Positions 27,019 to 37,491 of a stretch of DNA of 53,413 nucleotides are shown in pieces. The notes below the pieces were generated by a model that saw only the letters and a program-made list of their open reading frames with translations, did not search any database and had not been told where the DNA came from. The stretch is from a virus. Its lineage: Duplodnaviria; Caudoviricetes. How positions within the stretch are numbered: position 1 is the stretch's first letter; each line of letters starts with the position of its first letter. The stretch is taken from IMG/VR virus record IMGVR_UViG_3300023116_000063, positions 1 through 53,413 of that record. One strand, written 5' to 3'. Made by a program: the position numbers and the translations under genes.

Positions 27019-28995
27019 TTAGAATGTTCCACCGTCAATACTTGTAGCCCATGAGATTGTGTCTGTAGATGCACTGTAAGATAGGAAACCATCATTTGCA
27101 CCACCACCATCAAGAGCACTGAAAGTATCAGCAGAGTTTGCAATAAGTACAGAACCCTTTGCGGCAGATGTAATTCCTGTTCCACCATATGCAACACCAA
27201 TTGTGTCTGCGTTCCATGTTCCAGTTGTAATTGTTCCTAAAGTAGTAATAGTATTTTGTCCAACATAAGTTGAAGCAATGTCAATCGCATTTGCAGAAAC
27301 AGAGATACGGTTTGCAGTTCCTACTGCATCAATAGTGTTACCAGTTTTTGTTAAACCGTTACCAGCAGAAATCTGTCCAGCACCAGAGAACTGGTCAAAA
27401 GTAATGTCATCAGTTCCAAGTGTTGGTGTTCCATTGTGTGTTGCAACATAACCATTGTCTGCGTTTGCAGTACCTTCTTCAACGAAAGTAAATGCACCAC
27501 CAGTGATTTCAGAAGCTTCGTTTGCGTCTGGTGTTCTGGTAAGAACGAATGCAGCAGAACCAGAACCAACTGTTGTTACTTTATAGAAACCATTCTCGAC
27601 TGCATCACTTTGGTCTTTAACAAGAACTCTGTCGTTCAATGAAAGTGAAACACCATCAATTGAAATAGCACCGTTTGCATTTGCAGTCAATGTGCCTGCA
27701 CCGTTAGCATATGTTGCAGACAAGTCAGCAGTAGTTGCAACTCTTACAGATGCCTTAACATCAAGTCCGTTTGCAACTTGGTCAACATATGTTTTATTAA
27801 CAAGTGAATCTGAACCAAATCCTGCTCTTGCTTCATAACCAGAAGGAACTGTAACTGTTCCTGTTCCGTCTGGAGCAAGTGCCAAGTTACCATTTGAGTT
27901 TGTGGTTGAGATTGTGTTTGCGTCAACTGTAATGTTATCAACGTCAAGTGAAGTGATACCATTCAAGTCTGTCTGAGTTCCACCAAGTGAAACTGTGTCA
28001 GAACCAATTGTTACAGAACTGTTTACAAGTTTTGCATTTGTGATTGAACCAGCAAGTTGTGCGTTAGTTACTGTTCCTGTCAACTGTGTGGTTGCAATAG
28101 AAAGTGCAGCCTGGTGTTGTGTAACAGAACCTTGTGTGATATTTGCGTTTGGTACGTTTGCCCAAACAACAGCAGCAGACAAGTCGTTTGTTTCTGTTGT
28201 CAAAAATCCAGAATTTGAGTTATCATAGTTTGACAAGTCGTTGTCAACAACCAAATCAATCGCACCATCATTAGCATCATCATAAGTTGCAGTAATGAGA
28301 GTGTGTGAACCATTTGTTACTAATTGAGCTCCAACAATATCTTCTACTCTTTCTGCATTTACAGTAACGGCACCACTTGTTACAGTAAAGTCTGTAGAAT
28401 CAAACGATGCGATACCTTTGTTGGATGAAGTTGCATCTTCACCAGCAATTGTAATTGTGTTGTTTGTTACTGTTGTATCAATACCTTCACCACCAGTGAA
28501 CGTAATTGTTTCGCCAGTAGATACTGCATCATTAGAACCACTATCAGCAGCAATCGAAAGTGATTGTGTGACTGTTCCAAATGAAAGTTCACCAGAACCA
28601 TTCGTTGTAAGGAACTGTCCAGCAGAACCATCTGCACTTGGTAGTGTGAATGTTACACTTGCTGCCAAAGAGTTTGGAGCTTTCAATGCAACATGATCTG
28701 TTCCATTTGAAGTTCCTTCTTTAAGTTTGATTGAACCACCAGTTGCTGAGTTATTCCCAACAATGAAGTCATCAATTGCTTTGTTACTATCAACAAGGAT
28801 AGCAGAACTAGCAGTCAGAGTTCCAGCGGTATGATCAACTAAGTCATTATAATATTTACCGCCGATTAGTTTTACTGTAGAACCATCACCGATATAGAAT
28901 TTCTCGTTGCCGTGGGTATAGGCGAGTTCACCGTCTGCAAGGGATGATGGCGCAGTTGATCCAGTAGATCTTTTAATTTGTAGGGTTAATGCCAT
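27019..28995 (-). CDS. Long fibre / virion structural protein
   Basis: IKRSTG..AP..L.DGELAY N-domain, GLDVK.SVRVATT...DRVLVKDQ...NG.Y domain, ends DGGTF. Confidence 0.8.
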   Translation of the reverse strand: MALTLQIKRSTGSTAPSSLADGELAYTHGNEKFYIGDGSTVKLIGGKYYNDLVDHTAGTLTASSAILVDSNKAIDDFIVGNNSATGGSIKLKEGTSNGTDHVALKAPNSLAASVTFTLPSADGSAGQFLTTNGSGELSFGTVTQSLSIAADSGSNDAVSTGETITFTGGEGIDTTVTNNTITIAGEDATSSNKGIASFDSTDFTVTSGAVTVNAERVEDIVGAQLVTNGSHTLITATYDDANDGAIDLVVDNDLSNYDNSNSGFLTTETNDLSAAVVWANVPNANITQGSVTQHQAALSIATTQLTGTVTNAQLAGSITNAKLVNSSVTIGSDTVSLGGTQTDLNGITSLDVDNITVDANTISTTNSNGNLALAPDGTGTVTVPSGYEARAGFGSDSLVNKTYVDQVANGLDVKASVRVATTADLSATYANGAGTLTANANGAISIDGVSLSLNDRVLVKDQSDAVENGFYKVTTVGSGSAAFVLTRTPDANEASEITGGAFTFVEEGTANADNGYVATHNGTPTLGTDDITFDQFSGAGQISAGNGLTKTGNTIDAVGTANRISVSANAIDIASTYVGQNTITTLGTITTGTWNADTIGVAYGGTGITSAAKGSVLIANSADTFSALDGGGANDGFLSYSASTDTISWATSIDGGTF

Positions 28996-29013
28996 TTTTT
29001 TATCTTCCTATTG

Positions 29014-29304
29014 TTAAAAACTTCCACCACTCAATACGAGATTTCCAGTGGTTGTATCAAGTTCGTTTCGGGCAGTCCATTTTCCAGTAGATGAACGGTA
29101 CTGCAACAAAGAACCATCTGATAATGGAAAAGATGTTGTATCAACATCTGATAATCCAGAGAGTTGCAGAGATGCAGCTCCCACAACTGATCCAGAATCC
29201 CCCTTGGGGCCTGGAACTGTTACACGAGTTACTTGTGGTTGGTTTCCTTGTGATACAGAACCAACTACTGTTCTTGGTGTATTTACTGTTGCTGTAATTG
29301 CCAT
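29014..29304 (-). CDS. Small virion adaptor protein
   Basis: VPGPKGD, L..LSDVD, G.LLQY...KW; ends GGSF. Confidence 0.7.
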   Translation of the reverse strand: MAITATVNTPRTVVGSVSQGNQPQVTRVTVPGPKGDSGSVVGAASLQLSGLSDVDTTSFPLSDGSLLQYRSSTGKWTARNELDTTTGNLVLSGGSF

Positions 29305-29308
29305 AGTT

Positions 29309-29644
29309 CTACCTTGATACGCTTGGGTTTACAGTTGCAATACCTTCTACCACTCTTGTTTTAGAACCAGAAGAATCTGTTATGACTAAATCATAAACAT
29401 ATCTACCATCCTCAAGAGCAGCGGTTTGCGTGTCTGTTAGTGAAATTGTGATTTGACCAGAAGTTCTTGGCGTTTCAAATGTCGAAGTAAATGTTGTTGC
29501 AGTTGTAGATGCATATGTCTTGCGAATCATCGCAAGTGCAGTATAACCTGTCAAATCAAGTGCAGAACCAGCGGAATCGTTGATTGTCACTGTAGTAGTG
29601 AAATCAGCACTTTGGTCTATGAATAAATTAGAAATAGTTGCCAT
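29309..29644 (-). CDS. BppU-N-like virion protein
   Basis: NL.IDQ.ADF, DLTGYT..A.IRK, GRYVYD, RVVEG...V.P.V. Confidence 0.75.
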   Translation of the reverse strand: MATISNLFIDQSADFTTTVTINDSAGSALDLTGYTALAMIRKTYASTTATTFTSTFETPRTSGQITISLTDTQTAALEDGRYVYDLVITDSSGSKTRVVEGIATVNPSVSR

Positions 29645-29700
29645 CGAACACAGTCTCCTTTGTTCTATTTATAAGGATTGTGTGTTAGATATTTTGAAAA

Positions 29701-31404
29701 TTAGTTTGATTCTAGAGCAGTGATACGAGCTTCTAATTCTTGAATTGTCTTTACGAGTAGAGGAACAAGCTTGCTTTGGTCGATTCCTTGATAAACAGGG
29801 TTGCCATCATCATCTACTTCATCGTGTGTGCCTGTGATTGCTTCTGGAACAACTGACTGCACCTCATGTGCTAAGAAGCCATCTACTGTTGTATCTGCAT
29901 CTGCTATGAAGTTAAATCTTTTTGGTTGTAGTTGCTTGAGCCTTGTTGTAGCATCTGTCATCTCAACCACGTTATCCTTTAGGCGATAATCTGATGAGGT
30001 GTTATATGATGTTGATGAGCCACTAGTGCTAATAGTACCTACGACACTATTAATATTTTTAAAACATATATGGTGCATTGTAGAGGAACTATCTTTATTT
30101 GTTACAATAGCATAAGCATTAGCATCAGTAGAACTTGCATTAAAATAAGCACAACCAATAGAGCCAACATTTAAATATGGGTTTGTACTTGAATTAAATC
30201 TGTATATTTTAAAAGAGCCTGAAGTATGATGATTTATATCACCATTTGATGTTATACGCATACGTTCTGCTCTAGAGCCACTATCCCTAGACACAAACAC
30301 AAAATCTGATGCATTGTTACTGCTGTTCTGAACTCCACCAATGTACCATTCACCATTAGATTCCGTAGTAAACGACATAATCGAGTTATTTAAAGCACCA
30401 GAGGTGCTATTCTTTAGACCAAGTATATTGTTAAATGCCGCAGACAACGGGTTATAATCCGTATCAGAATCATTTTGAACTTGAACAGGGGTGTTTGGAT
30501 TATCAGTACCAATGCCCACTCTGCCGTTGCTGTCGATACGCATACGTTCAACATCACCAGTACCAAAAGTTAATTCTGGAGCTGCACCGCCGGTAGCACC
30601 AATTCTTGCCTGAGCTTCTGTTGACCTCATTCCAAAAACAATTTGTCCACCAACAGTAATATTAGAATTAGCAGGATTTTCTAAATAAATTGTGGGGCCA
30701 ATACCAACTTGACCATCTGCATCAGTAGCATCATAAGTTGTAGCATCAGATTTTTTTAAGTGTAAGAAACTAGATGGGTTGGTCTCGCCGAGGCCCAATT
30801 TGCCATCGGACAAAATACTCATACGCACACCGCCGCCAGTCAGCAATTCCATTGCATTTGAACTATTTGCTCTAATTGCAAGACTCTCTGCGCCGCCAGT
30901 ATCTTGCATCGCAAAATAAGAGGCGTTAGGCAAAACCAACTTATTTGTCATACTGCTTACGCCAATGCCCACGTTGCCGGCATTGTCGATACGCACCTTT
31001 TCAGCTACTGTTCCATTATTATTAGTTTTAAAAGCAAGGCCGCCGAAGTTATTTCCAATATTGATACCCTCTACAGTACCGTGAATTTCTTCTGCTTTGA
31101 AACGCAAAACAGCAACTCCACCTGTACCTCCCTCAACATCAATATCACCTTTAACATGAAGTTCTTTAGAAGGCGAAGTTGTGCCGATGCCCACTCTATT
31201 ATTTGTACTGTCTAGATAAAGTGTTCCAGAATCATAGTTTAGGTTATTGGCAAGTTTAGCACCAGTGACAGCACCATCAGTGAGTTCAGATACAGTTACA
31301 GAGTTCGCAGCAAGATCGTCAGCAACAATTACATCTACACCAATCTTGGCAGATGTGATAGCGTCATCTTGAATACCGTCTGTTTTAATTCTTGAAATTG
31401 GCAT
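29701..31404 (-). CDS. Tail fibre with Peptidase S74 chaperone
   Basis: ERMRI...G.VGIGT repeats; YNTSSDYRLKDNV...QELEARITALE. Confidence 0.85.
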   Translation of the reverse strand: MPISRIKTDGIQDDAITSAKIGVDVIVADDLAANSVTVSELTDGAVTGAKLANNLNYDSGTLYLDSTNNRVGIGTTSPSKELHVKGDIDVEGGTGGVAVLRFKAEEIHGTVEGINIGNNFGGLAFKTNNNGTVAEKVRIDNAGNVGIGVSSMTNKLVLPNASYFAMQDTGGAESLAIRANSSNAMELLTGGGVRMSILSDGKLGLGETNPSSFLHLKKSDATTYDATDADGQVGIGPTIYLENPANSNITVGGQIVFGMRSTEAQARIGATGGAAPELTFGTGDVERMRIDSNGRVGIGTDNPNTPVQVQNDSDTDYNPLSAAFNNILGLKNSTSGALNNSIMSFTTESNGEWYIGGVQNSSNNASDFVFVSRDSGSRAERMRITSNGDINHHTSGSFKIYRFNSSTNPYLNVGSIGCAYFNASSTDANAYAIVTNKDSSSTMHHICFKNINSVVGTISTSGSSTSYNTSSDYRLKDNVVEMTDATTRLKQLQPKRFNFIADADTTVDGFLAHEVQSVVPEAITGTHDEVDDDGNPVYQGIDQSKLVPLLVKTIQELEARITALESN

Positions 31405-31429
31405 TTGCGTTCTCTCTGTTTCTCTTTAT

Positions 31430-31627
31430 TTATTCTGCATCTGGTAATGGGTCTGCGTCTGCAATTGTTAAGTCACCAGATTCTACTTGTCTGAGTATTT
31501 CTGCGTAGTGTCTGTTAGCAGGGTCTAGTGGTACAGACATTGGGATATCATCTATTATTGCTAAAATACCAGAATTAACTCCTTCAAACTGTAAATACTT
31601 AGCTGATAAAATGTTTAAATTTTCCAT
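31430..31627 (-). CDS. Small fibre-partner protein (paralog of 34263-34433)
   Basis: NI.SA.Y...N..Y.EI.RQVE.G.LTIA.AD. Confidence 0.75.
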   Translation of the reverse strand: MENLNILSAKYLQFEGVNSGILAIIDDIPMSVPLDPANRHYAEILRQVESGDLTIADADPLPDAE

Positions 31628-32785
31628 TTATAACTCCGAATCTGCTGTCCACCCAGCAATATGAGACTTATCTGTTGTAAATCCACTAGCTTTGTACGCC
31701 AAAAAAATACCTTGCTTAGATGAACTATTAACTGTAACACCTGTTATATCAGGGCTACCAATCTGATGTACACCTCCTGCCGTTCCGGCATTATTATAAA
31801 GAACACAAGTAGGATTAGTTCTCATTTCTACTGGAAACCTGTTTCCACCCCATGCTTCACTAGCGTTGTAAGAATAAAACCACATTGGACTAGATGTAGC
31901 ATTAGCAATAGACGTACTTTGCTGATAATACCTCTTACAAAGATGGAGTTCAGCAGCATATGTGCTATGCTCGAATGTGGTAGCCTCAGTGCCTTCTTCA
32001 AGTTGTAATTGTGCAAATTGAATTTTATCAGCGGTGTTATGACAATTACCAAATGCCCAATATATCTGCAATCCTTTGTCAAAGTTTGTCAAAGAAGTAG
32101 CAGAAGTTCTTGTAACCGTAAAATAATACCATGTATCTACTGAAGTAAGTGTGAGCGTTCCATTGTTAGCAGCTGTTCCATCACCAGAAATTGTTGCAGA
32201 AGTAAACGCAGCACCATGTGTAGTGTATCCAGCAAAGTTATCTGTTGCAGTAGGACAAATGATGTTAGTTGAAATTGCTTGGTTTACACTGCCACTTCTT
32301 TTAATATAACCACTGATAGTAAATGAATTTTTTGCTCTAATACCAGCAAGAGATGAGGACTCTACTCTTTGTCCAAAGTAACCAGCACCATTTCCACTGT
32401 TTGCACTTGTTGGGCCTCTTACCTCTGCAAATTTATTGTTAGCACCGCTGGCAGTTGGGCCTCCATCAAATACATGATGTGTAGCACCAGTAGGAGTTTG
32501 ATCAAAATGCCCGAACCACCTGTCTGGAGAAAGATATTGCCAAATACCACCAGTATACGTTACTGATGTGCCTCTTTGAGCTATTCTGAAATTGCCATTG
32601 ATAAAGACATTTCTTCTACCAGTTTCAACACCAAGTTTACTTCCAGTAACAGCATCATCAGCAATTTTTGCAGAAGAAACAGAACCGTCAGAAATCTTTG
32701 CCTGTGTAACAGAACCATCAGCAATGTCAGTGTTTACAACTGTATTGTCTGGTATTGCTCTTGAATTTAGTTTAATGAGTGCCAT
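31628..32785 (-). CDS. Fibre / RBP with carbohydrate-binding-like module
   Basis: RN..ING.F...QRGTS...DRW; QLE.G..AT.FEH..Y..EL..C.RYY. Confidence 0.78.
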   Translation of the reverse strand: MALIKLNSRAIPDNTVVNTDIADGSVTQAKISDGSVSSAKIADDAVTGSKLGVETGRRNVFINGNFRIAQRGTSVTYTGGIWQYLSPDRWFGHFDQTPTGATHHVFDGGPTASGANNKFAEVRGPTSANSGNGAGYFGQRVESSSLAGIRAKNSFTISGYIKRSGSVNQAISTNIICPTATDNFAGYTTHGAAFTSATISGDGTAANNGTLTLTSVDTWYYFTVTRTSATSLTNFDKGLQIYWAFGNCHNTADKIQFAQLQLEEGTEATTFEHSTYAAELHLCKRYYQQSTSIANATSSPMWFYSYNASEAWGGNRFPVEMRTNPTCVLYNNAGTAGGVHQIGSPDITGVTVNSSSKQGIFLAYKASGFTTDKSHIAGWTADSEL

Positions 32786-32809
32786 TCTGTTCTTTTCCTA
32801 TAATCTTAT

Positions 32810-33061
32810 TTATTCTGCCGCAATGAGCTCATCATACTTTGCAACTGCGTCTGCATATGTTACAGTAAATGCAGAAACATCAGATGAAGTGATTGCACAA
32901 TCGTTATCATCCGTTCCAGTGATTTCCATGTAACACGCATTGTATTCTTCTTCTGTAAGTCTATCATTGTGAGGCATACTCATCATAAACATTCCATCTG
33001 AATGCAGTGCTTGTACAGCAGTTAAAAAAGTAATTTCTGGGGTTCTTGTTGGTAATGACAT
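32810..33061 (-). CDS. Small fibre-partner protein
   Basis: Follows the 33066 fibre; gene packing. Confidence 0.6.
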   Translation of the reverse strand: MSLPTRTPEITFLTAVQALHSDGMFMMSMPHNDRLTEEEYNACYMEITGTDDNDCAITSSDVSAFTVTYADAVAKYDELIAAE

Positions 33062-33065
33062 AATA

Positions 33066-34232
33066 TTATCCTATTCTATACCATGCATGATAATTGCGTC
33101 CATTACTATCTGATTGAACACTTGAACTTGTAGAGTTATTATCAGAGAACATTTGATGATGAATATCTTGGTTATCAGCAGATGTGGTTACAATCCATGT
33201 TTGATGAATTTGAATGTTAAAAAGTTCAGCAGTACCACCACCTCTGTTCTCAAGATTCATTCTATACGTTGAATAATTATATTTGTCGTTTATAACAGCA
33301 GATGTGGTGTTGTTGTACAATCTTGATAAAATCATTCCATGCACACCCCACATTCTAATTCTCATTGTGGCCTCAAGTCGATAGTCGCCCGCCTTTGGAA
33401 GAACCCAACGATAATATGTGTTATTTGGTGTACCCCATGAGTTGTAAGGAACATTACTATCACCAATAGAATCTGACCCCAAAGCGTTATATGCAGTTCC
33501 ACTAGTTCCAGTAAATGCAGTTGCATCAATAATACCATCATGGTCTAGATTTATAGAAGTTCCACCTGCTGTTCCAGCATCATTCAAAATTCTCCAATGT
33601 GCTTTATCGCCAGACATGAACCAGTTCATGGTTCTTCTATCGGCAGTCATGTCGGTGTTTGTTATAGATAATTCTGCACCGTTGGCATTATTACCATATA
33701 CGACAAGTTTTCTATTTGGTGTTAATGTACCAATACCTAATGTTGGTGTTGCCCCACCAATGAATTTTAAGTCATCCGAAACATTAAAAGTTCCATTAAC
33801 ATCTAAGTTTCCAGCAACATCAATATTCGTATCTAGTTTTGCAGAAGTCACTGCACCACTAGCAAGTTCTGTTGTATCAACAGCCCCAGCAGCAATCTTT
33901 GCAGTTGTTACAGCATCATTTGCCAACTGACTTGTATTAACAGAACCAGCACTAGGTACACCGATATCCAGTGTATCACCAAGTGCAATGATAAAGTCAA
34001 TAACGTCAGCACTTGTCAATGCAGAGTCAAAGATAATCTGTGAACCACTGACTGTGAATGAATCTTGAGGAGCCTGAATAACACCATTAAGTGAAACCAA
34101 CAGGTGATTAGCACTTTGAGGATAGTATGCACCACTATCAAGTGTCAAGTTATAGGTAGCAGTCGCAGAAGTTGTGATTGCATCTAACTTTGAATATGCA
34201 CCAGCCTGTGGTTGTTTTCCGATAAATGGCAT
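33066..34232 (-). CDS. Fibre / RBP (MPFIG class)
   Basis: MPFIGK, LLVSLNGVIQ.P domain, AVTSAKLDTNI linker, unique tip. Confidence 0.78.
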   Translation of the reverse strand: MPFIGKQPQAGAYSKLDAITTSATATYNLTLDSGAYYPQSANHLLVSLNGVIQAPQDSFTVSGSQIIFDSALTSADVIDFIIALGDTLDIGVPSAGSVNTSQLANDAVTTAKIAAGAVDTTELASGAVTSAKLDTNIDVAGNLDVNGTFNVSDDLKFIGGATPTLGIGTLTPNRKLVVYGNNANGAELSITNTDMTADRRTMNWFMSGDKAHWRILNDAGTAGGTSINLDHDGIIDATAFTGTSGTAYNALGSDSIGDSNVPYNSWGTPNNTYYRWVLPKAGDYRLEATMRIRMWGVHGMILSRLYNNTTSAVINDKYNYSTYRMNLENRGGGTAELFNIQIHQTWIVTTSADNQDIHHQMFSDNNSTSSSVQSDSNGRNYHAWYRIG

Positions 34233-34262
34233 ATTATTGTTTCCTAATCTCTTTCATACTAT

Positions 34263-34433
34263 TTAGTCTGCTTCTGCAATAGTTAGTGTGCCTGCTTCTA
34301 CTTGGCGCATGATTTCGTCATATTCGACATTCCCCACAACACAAGGAATTGCATATTGTTTGCCTTCAATTGTTGCGATGATACTTATATTTCCTTCACT
34401 ATATTGTGCAGATGTAATATTCATATTTTTCAT
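34263..34433 (-). CDS. Small fibre-partner protein, 56 aa (below the ORF-track cutoff)
   Basis: Manual translation MKNMNITSAQYSEGNISIIATIEGKQYAIPCVVGNVEYDEIMRQVEAGTLTIAEAD; paralog of 31430-31627. Confidence 0.8.
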   Translation of the reverse strand: MKNMNITSAQYSEGNISIIATIEGKQYAIPCVVGNVEYDEIMRQVEAGTLTIAEAD

Positions 34434-34436
34434 TTT

Positions 34437-35456
34437 TTATAACTCCGCCTTTGCTTCAAAGGGATGTGTAGAAAAATCAGTGTTCGTTCCACCCACACCC
34501 CAAATCTCGCCAGTAGAACCACCAGAAAACCCACTTAATTTGAAGTGTCCACCATTTGCATTCATTGATGTGCTTGTTAGTGTTGGTGTAGCATCTCTAT
34601 CTCCAACACCCCATTCATAAAGTCTAATAGTTCCTCCAGTAGGCAATCCAATAGTTGGAGCAGTCCTCTTTTCAACTTTGAACTGTCCGTTTACAACAAG
34701 TCCAGAACCAGATTCAAATCTTGACCACCAACCTTGTCCAAACTTTTCATAATACCTCTGACAGAGCGAAAGCTCTTCTCCGTATGAACGGTGTTCAAAT
34801 GGAGTAGCAACCGAGCCAATCTCTAATTTCATTTGTGCAATATCAATATCAACATTTGATGCAGGCAAACTTCTAATAAAAGCAATATAAAGATAACTAC
34901 TTGTTCCTATTGTCTTACCAGAAATACTTGGAAGGACAATATTAAAAGTAAATTTTTGCCATGAAGTGGTTAATGAATATGATTGTGCTGATGGAACAAC
35001 TTGAGAACTACCACCACTTCCAAAATTCTGTCCTAGTTCTATTGTAGAACTGTGAGCAGTAGATGCCTTACCCCAAAAGGATAATGTTACGGTTTGTCCA
35101 GCACCAGTTCTCACATCTTCAATTCTATGATGAACAACTTTATTTGATGATGTAGAACCAGCAGTAAATCGAAAGTAGTAAGTTGGTTCGCCAGGAACAT
35201 CTGTTTGTCCAGCAGTAAATGATTGTCGAGTTACATTATCACCAGTAGTTCCACCACCAGCGACAACATACATCCTATCAGCAGTGTAAACATTATTGAC
35301 ATCACTGAATGATGTGCCTCTTTGCCAGACATTAAATCCGCCATTGATAATCAGATTTTTTCCAGCCATATTGGATGACTGTGGAGTAAATCCGTTAATG
35401 GTTGTAGTTAAACCAGAAGAAGAATCTGTAATTGTATCTACTTTTAATGTACTCAT
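34437..35456 (-). CDS. Fibre / RBP with carbohydrate-binding-like module
   Basis: Start MSTLKVD; KNLIINGGFNVWQRGTS; LE.GSVATPFEHRSYGEELSLCQRYY. Confidence 0.78.
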   Translation of the reverse strand: MSTLKVDTITDSSSGLTTTINGFTPQSSNMAGKNLIINGGFNVWQRGTSFSDVNNVYTADRMYVVAGGGTTGDNVTRQSFTAGQTDVPGEPTYYFRFTAGSTSSNKVVHHRIEDVRTGAGQTVTLSFWGKASTAHSSTIELGQNFGSGGSSQVVPSAQSYSLTTSWQKFTFNIVLPSISGKTIGTSSYLYIAFIRSLPASNVDIDIAQMKLEIGSVATPFEHRSYGEELSLCQRYYEKFGQGWWSRFESGSGLVVNGQFKVEKRTAPTIGLPTGGTIRLYEWGVGDRDATPTLTSTSMNANGGHFKLSGFSGGSTGEIWGVGGTNTDFSTHPFEAKAEL

Positions 35457-35770
35457 TCTGGTTTCTCCGGCCATACCACATCATCCAGTGATGTATATGT
35501 GTCTGTAATATCTCTTAGTGCCTGTCTGTATGTTTTCCATGCAGCAGGAATGTTTGTTCCTAGTTCCTTGTGCATAGTGACAACCCAATCTGTTTCTACG
35601 AGTTTGGCATTACGAATCATTCTTACTTCTTGAAGATTTAATTCTATCATAACTGCATCATCATCATATGAAACTACATTATCATCCTTATCGTAAGGAA
35701 CACCATCAATAACTTTAACAGCAGATGGATTCAATTTCATAATTGCAAAATCTTTACTACCTAGTCTCAT
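35453..35770 (-). CDS. Tail fibre assembly chaperone-like protein
   Basis: R..RN..L.ETDW...W..YRQALRDIT...VVWPEKP. Confidence 0.8.
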   Translation of the reverse strand: MRLGSKDFAIMKLNPSAVKVIDGVPYDKDDNVVSYDDDAVMIELNLQEVRMIRNAKLVETDWVVTMHKELGTNIPAAWKTYRQALRDITDTYTSLDDVVWPEKPE

Positions 35771-36390
35771 TGTTTGATCTCCATCAATGTCATGTCATTA
35801 TTATAATTATATCCACAACCTAGTTGTCCAGAACCAGACTGTAATGTAACCACCAAAGTAAAAGTAATTGCACTTGTTGTATTATAACTAGAGAAAAGTT
35901 TCTGTCCACCATAATGCATTCTTGCGCCAGTAGTGTAAACTGAGTTAGGATAACCAATCGCATCGGCAAGATAGTTACTTCCTAATGTAGCAGTTCCACT
36001 AGCACCACCAGCGATACTGTAATTATATTGGGCTCTCCAATATGCACCAGCAGCGTTATCCATATGATAAGCGGAATTTGTAATCATTAAAATTTTAGAA
36101 CTTGCATATATTGGAGTGATTGTTGCAGTTTGAAGTGTTAGACTACCAGTGGATATAGAAGCTGGGGCGCCATTAGTATGAACTGTTTGAACTACAGAAC
36201 CAGCTGGTAACTCATCTCTAACTGCATTAGTAGCAAGTATTGCTGATGTAACAGTTCCACTATCACCTGTTGTCACAACATTTCCAGTAACATCTGGAAT
36301 GGTCAAAGTGCGATCAGTATTCGTGTTTGGAGCAACAATGTTTATTGTTCCAGTTCCACTCGCATTTGGTGTTATCGCAATTTTACTCAT
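35767..36390 (-). CDS. Short fibre / tip protein
   Basis: NTDRTLTIPD.TG, LPAGSVVQTV, ITP....SKI, MTLMEI. Confidence 0.72.
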   Translation of the reverse strand: MSKIAITPNASGTGTINIVAPNTNTDRTLTIPDVTGNVVTTGDSGTVTSAILATNAVRDELPAGSVVQTVHTNGAPASISTGSLTLQTATITPIYASSKILMITNSAYHMDNAAGAYWRAQYNYSIAGGASGTATLGSNYLADAIGYPNSVYTTGARMHYGGQKLFSSYNTTSAITFTLVVTLQSGSGQLGCGYNYNNDMTLMEIKQ

Positions 36391-36421
36391 CTACTTTTCC
36401 TGTTTCTCATATTCTTATTTA

Positions 36422-36679
36422 TTACGGTTTAGTAGGCCATACAACATCATCCAATGAAGAATATGTGTCTGTAATATCTCTGAGAGATTGTCTGTATGTT
36501 GCCCATGATGTTTTTTGTGAATCTGTCAAAGGACTATCTGCACCTTGTGTCCAATCTGTTTCTATCAACAAATGATTTCTCATTGCACGAAGGTCTGCCA
36601 TGTTCTTTTGTGTAACTGCGGCATCACCAGTAACAGATGAAACTGTTCCATCAGAATTAAAATATACGACTTCACTCAT
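36422..36679 (-). CDS. Tail fibre assembly chaperone-like protein
   Basis: LR..RN.LL.ETDWTQ..DSPL...W.TYRQ.LRDIT...WPTKP. Confidence 0.82.
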   Translation of the reverse strand: MSEVVYFNSDGTVSSVTGDAAVTQKNMADLRAMRNHLLIETDWTQGADSPLTDSQKTSWATYRQSLRDITDTYSSLDDVVWPTKP

Positions 36680-37266
36680 TGTGCTATCTCCGTGATTGTT
36701 AGACCACTACCACCACCAACTCTATTCCATGCATATTCACCACCAGTACAATATTGTCCATAACCATAAATTGAGAATACAATTGATTGTCCTAAAGTGT
36801 AAGACAATGCACCAGTAAGACCACTAACCACATGGTTTACATATGTATTACTACCACCGTAATGTCCAGTATCAATACCAGCAGCGGTAACAGTACCACC
36901 AGCAATAGAGTATTTTACTAACGAATAAATTGCACCAACACCAGTAGTGTTCGCAAAACCAACTGAAGACACCTTTCCATCAACTTTAAATTTACTACCA
37001 GTTCTTACTGGTGTTATTGTAACACTATAGTTGGTAAGTAGTGCGTGTCCAGTTGCAGCGCCACCAGCATCAGCAGTTGTATTGTAGTTTGTTCCACTTG
37101 CACTATTGACTACTTGAATTGCAGTGCCAGATGGCAAGTCAGAACTGGCCAAACCATAAGTAACTGTCTTGCCACTCAAGTCTAGAGTAGATGCCAAATC
37201 AGCAGTCTGAACTACTCCGTCTTGGATTAAACTTACACCAGTTGTTCCGTCTATTGTTACAGCCAT
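36676..37266 (-). CDS. Short fibre / tip protein
   Basis: MAVTIDGTTG, LPSGTAIQVV, ITP...SKF, LTITEIAQ; paralogous to 35767-36390. Confidence 0.72.
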   Translation of the reverse strand: MAVTIDGTTGVSLIQDGVVQTADLASTLDLSGKTVTYGLASSDLPSGTAIQVVNSASGTNYNTTADAGGAATGHALLTNYSVTITPVRTGSKFKVDGKVSSVGFANTTGVGAIYSLVKYSIAGGTVTAAGIDTGHYGGSNTYVNHVVSGLTGALSYTLGQSIVFSIYGYGQYCTGGEYAWNRVGGGSGLTITEIAQ

Positions 37267-37469
37267 TATACTACCACCAATCTTGCACCAGAGGAAACTG
37301 TGAGGGTGACACCACTATTCACTGTGATAGGCCCAGCAGTTACGCCGTTCTTATCAGCAGCAAGAGTATAGTCTACTGTCATAGTCTGATCATTGATAAA
37401 GAAAACAGCATCAGAACCGCCTCCGTCAATATTTTCTATAACTTGTGCCTGAACTTTCGATAGTGGCAT
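37266..37469 (-). CDS. Minimal adaptor protein
   Basis: MPLSKV N-peptide fused to 'F..N.Q....DYT....N...AGPITV.SGVTLTV.SG.RLVVV'. Confidence 0.7.
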   Translation of the reverse strand: MPLSKVQAQVIENIDGGGSDAVFFINDQTMTVDYTLAADKNGVTAGPITVNSGVTLTVSSGARLVVV

Positions 37470-37491
37470 AATTATCCCCTTTTAGATATAT

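Noticed and set aside
22556-30010. Near-identical S74 chaperone domains as a novel repeat
   Set aside because: This is a well-known conserved autocleaving chaperone domain, and the DNA copies differ at many synonymous sites.
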